Of a DNA stretch of 64,000 nt, positions 61,160-64,000 are shown piece by piece. The DNA comes from Planctomycetota bacterium (GTDB taxonomy: Bacteria > Planctomycetota > PLA2 > JAEUHO01). The notes below the pieces were generated by a model. That model saw only the letters and a list, made by a program, of their open reading frames with translations. It was not told the DNA's origin and did no database searches. A program made the translations under genes and the position numbers. Every line of letters starts with the position of its first letter. Position 1 is the stretch's first letter. Location of the stretch: NCBI GenBank assembly GCA_965222115.1, contig CBDCTJ010000007.1:224001-288000 (forward strand), written 5' to 3'.

Positions 61160-63238
61160 ATGCCTCATCATCAACACATGACGTCACGACCGATCGCCTT
61201 CAAGACGGGCCTTTGGGCGCTTCTGCTCGTGCTTGGGTGTGCTTCACTCAGTAGTGCACGCGAACCCACCGACACGGCGGCGCGGATCGATGGGCGGGTG
61301 GAGATCATGCCCAACGGGGATGGACACGCCATACTCACGATGGACGTCAACCACGCGCCTTATACACAACTCAAACGCGCCTACCCCAATCCACAACAAC
61401 TGATGCGTGACTTCACGGCCGGGCGCAGCAACTGGGAAATCGCTCCCGGCGCTACAGCCGAATACGACGACCGCGCCTCAGCGGTGCACCTCAAAATGAC
61501 GGAGCGCGGCGGCATCGTAAACCGTGGCAACGGTCGCTGGACGCTTGAAATCGACCCGGCCTCGGACTTTGTCGCGCAAACAGCCAACGACGGCCGCATC
61601 ACAATGCACTTCTACGAAGTCGGTAGCTGGGGGCCAGGTGTGAACTACCGCGGCCCGGTGCGCTACCAACTGCCTGAGGGCGCCAAAGATGCTCTGTGGA
61701 ACGAGCGTTCGCGCGAACTCACCTACACGCTGCCGCGCGACTTGGGCAGCGGCCCCGCTTCCCTCTCGGTCGATCTCCAGACCAAGCAACGCATCATGTC
61801 GGCGGTGTACAAAGTCTATGGTTTTGGCGCCGACTTTTCGGGCATGTGGATTGCCAAGGGCGTCATCGAGAACACGGGCAAGAGCCTCATCAAAGATCTT
61901 AAAGTGCGCTACAAGCTTGGGGAGTACAGCGAGTGGAGTACGTGGCAACGCTTCCCCGAACTGGTTCCGAGCCAAATGGTGCGCTGCAACTACTACCCCG
62001 TGCTCAAGTCTCAAATCGCGCGGTTGACCTCCAATACGCCGGCCGACGTTCGCATGGAGTGGTCGTACCGCGACATCGACGGGCAGCAGCATGAGGACTC
62101 TTCGGGCGAGCGCATCACGATTTTGGGTGGGCATGAGTTCGTGTTTAGCAACTTGACACAGGGCGAGAGCACCGGTACGTGGCACGAGTCGTTCAACAAC
62201 GCGCCCCTCGTCGCGGCGTGGGCCAGCCGGGATGACATGGTCGTCAAGCAGTTTGCGGCCATGGCAAACAAAATGGCCGGTGGCGTTGGCGCCAGCAGCT
62301 CAAACGACAACGCCGTCAAGGTACTCCGCACGCTGTACGACATCATGCGCGTCAATGATTTCACGTATCAACACCCGCCGGGCATGGTCGACAAATCATT
62401 GAGCTTTGACGTGCAGATGATTCAAAACGTCAAGTTCCCGCGCGACGTCATCCGCGATCGATCGGGAACGTGCATTGATCTCGCCATTCTCTATGCGTCG
62501 ATGGCCAACGCCGTAGGCCTCAAACCGTTCTTGGCGTTCATTCCGGGACACTGCTTTCCCGTGATCGAGCTCCCGGGCGGCCAACGCATTGGTGTTGAAG
62601 TCACCGGCATCGGCGGCGGCCTCAAGCACGGAAGCGACTCGTTCGCCGAGGTGGTAGACACCGGTATCAAGACGCTTGCCAAGTGGCAACAGGATGGACG
62701 CATCTACGTCATTGACGTTCAGGAAATGTGGACGCGGGGCATCGCCAATCCCGAGCTTCCGCGGCTTCCCCCCAATATACTCAATGACTGGAAAATTAAG
62801 GCCGAGCTGCCTCGCCGTCCGGATCAACCGAAGCAACCTGACCCGCAGCAACCGAGGAATGCGCCTCCCTTCGTAGGCATTTGGGGCGGCAACGTCACGG
62901 AAGCGCTCGATACAGGCGGGAGCATCACGTATCCCGTCGTGATTCAGATTCAACGGGGACAAAACGGCGGCTACACCCTACAGGCCGTTTCACAGGCGCG
63001 CGTACCAACCGCCAATGGTCCGATGAATGTTCGCATTGAACAGACCTATGCGGGTCAGTTGCGTGGGTCGCAACTCGTTTTCAAAGGCACGTCAAAGGTC
63101 GCTACGGCCAATGGACAGAAAAAGCAGATGCCGCCCGACAACGGTGTGGCCCAGATCGTCAACGGCACGCTTCAGGGACGCGCCGGAAACGACAACGACG
63201 GCTATGAAAACTTCCAATTCCAACGCCAGCGCCGATAA
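61160..63238 (+). CDS. Secreted protein with transglutaminase-like domain
   Basis: Signal peptide; QNVKFPRDV...GTCIDLAIL...GHCF...VEVT (Cys-His-acid triad). Confidence 0.75.
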   Translation: MPHHQHMTSRPIAFKTGLWALLLVLGCASLSSAREPTDTAARIDGRVEIMPNGDGHAILTMDVNHAPYTQLKRAYPNPQQLMRDFTAGRSNWEIAPGATAEYDDRASAVHLKMTERGGIVNRGNGRWTLEIDPASDFVAQTANDGRITMHFYEVGSWGPGVNYRGPVRYQLPEGAKDALWNERSRELTYTLPRDLGSGPASLSVDLQTKQRIMSAVYKVYGFGADFSGMWIAKGVIENTGKSLIKDLKVRYKLGEYSEWSTWQRFPELVPSQMVRCNYYPVLKSQIARLTSNTPADVRMEWSYRDIDGQQHEDSSGERITILGGHEFVFSNLTQGESTGTWHESFNNAPLVAAWASRDDMVVKQFAAMANKMAGGVGASSSNDNAVKVLRTLYDIMRVNDFTYQHPPGMVDKSLSFDVQMIQNVKFPRDVIRDRSGTCIDLAILYASMANAVGLKPFLAFIPGHCFPVIELPGGQRIGVEVTGIGGGLKHGSDSFAEVVDTGIKTLAKWQQDGRIYVIDVQEMWTRGIANPELPRLPPNILNDWKIKAELPRRPDQPKQPDPQQPRNAPPFVGIWGGNVTEALDTGGSITYPVVIQIQRGQNGGYTLQAVSQARVPTANGPMNVRIEQTYAGQLRGSQLVFKGTSKVATANGQKKQMPPDNGVAQIVNGTLQGRAGNDNDGYENFQFQRQRR

Positions 63239-63268
63239 CGTCCTCTCCCTTTCCGCGAGGACAGCTGC

Positions 63269-64000
63269 GTGACCCGACTGATTGAGTGCGTGCCCAATAT
63301 TTCCAACGGTCGCGATCCCGATGTGGTCGCGGCCGTGGCCGAAGCCTTCGCGTCGGCAGGCGCCACACTGCTTGGAAGCGATTCCGATCCCGATCACAAC
63401 CGCAGCGTGATTACGATTGCCGGCACGCCGGATCAGGTCATCGAGGGCGCCGTACAAGGTGTGGGCGCGGCGCGGGATCGCATTGATCTCACCGATCACG
63501 AAGGCGCCCACCCGCGCATGGGCGCCACGGACGTGGTTCCGTTTATCCCGCTCGGCGACGCCACCATGGACGACGCGGTTGCATGTGCAACGTCGGCCGC
63601 CAAACGTATTTGGAAGATGTGCGCCATCCCTACCTACCTCTATGGCAAAGCGGCCTCCACGCCCAAACGACGCAATCTCGCTCGCGTGCGCAAGGGACAG
63701 TTTGAGGGCATTCGCGACACGATCGCCACCGACCCGGCTCGCCTTCCTGACTTTGGCGAAGCCGCCGTGCATCCCACAGCGGGCATTACGGCAGTGGGCG
63801 CGCGATTCTTCCTGATTGCCTACAATGTAAATCTTCAAACAACGAACTTGAAGATCGCCAAAGACATTGCCACCTCCATTCGTGAAAAAAACGATGGCAT
63901 GCCCGGTGTAAAGGCTATGGGGTTTGACCTGCCCGAAAAGAAGCAAGTACAGGTGTCCATGAACTTGGTGGACTACCGCAAGACGTCGCCCATCCAGGCC
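63269..64000 (+). CDS. ftcD: Glutamate formimidoyltransferase (FtcD), 3' partial
   Basis: GTG start, LIECVPNIS, DPDHNRSV, HEGAHPRMGATDVVPF, LARVRKGQFEG; runs off the window end. Confidence 0.95.
   Translation, partial: MTRLIECVPNISNGRDPDVVAAVAEAFASAGATLLGSDSDPDHNRSVITIAGTPDQVIEGAVQGVGAARDRIDLTDHEGAHPRMGATDVVPFIPLGDATMDDAVACATSAAKRIWKMCAIPTYLYGKAASTPKRRNLARVRKGQFEGIRDTIATDPARLPDFGEAAVHPTAGITAVGARFFLIAYNVNLQTTNLKIAKDIATSIREKNDGMPGVKAMGFDLPEKKQVQVSMNLVDYRKTSPIQA

Overview
GC-rich bacterial chromosome segment, most likely from a Planctomycetota organism (adjacent DUF1549/DUF1553 and DUF1501 genes; inference). The main feature is an ~18.5 kb minus-strand type III-B CRISPR-Cas locus (31662-49884): cmr1, HD-less cas10/cmr2, cmr3, cmr4, cmr5, cmr6, a Csx1(CARF-HEPN)-Csx20 fusion, a CARF-less Card1-like PD-(D/E)XK nuclease, a Cas6-RT-Cas1 fusion, cas2, an array of about 50 repeats, and a multi-TM CARF protein beyond the trailer. 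The array holds what looks like a fossil off-target spacer integration (35-36 bp duplication around a spacer-sized insert, at a site mimicking an inverted repeat). It also has compensatory repeat variants, and several spacers are hairpin-rich or read as coding sequence. Other notable loci: an MglA/MglB operon with a tail-anchored GTPase and three roadblock domains; an unannotated 32-aa bL37-like ribosomal protein; a 12-Cys secreted protein/MauE module behind a 13-bp tandem repeat; and a cassette of two fibre-like secreted paralogues plus a Gly/Trp micro-lipoprotein, flanked by two paralogous 30-aa CxxC lipoprotein genes, inside a GT4 cluster. The remainder is housekeeping (arfB, two RluA-family genes, M1 aminopeptidase, ZIP transporter, mogA/moaB, eboE, eboB, tRNA-Val, icd, hutU, hutI, ftcD). 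All calls come from reading motifs by eye; no database search was run.
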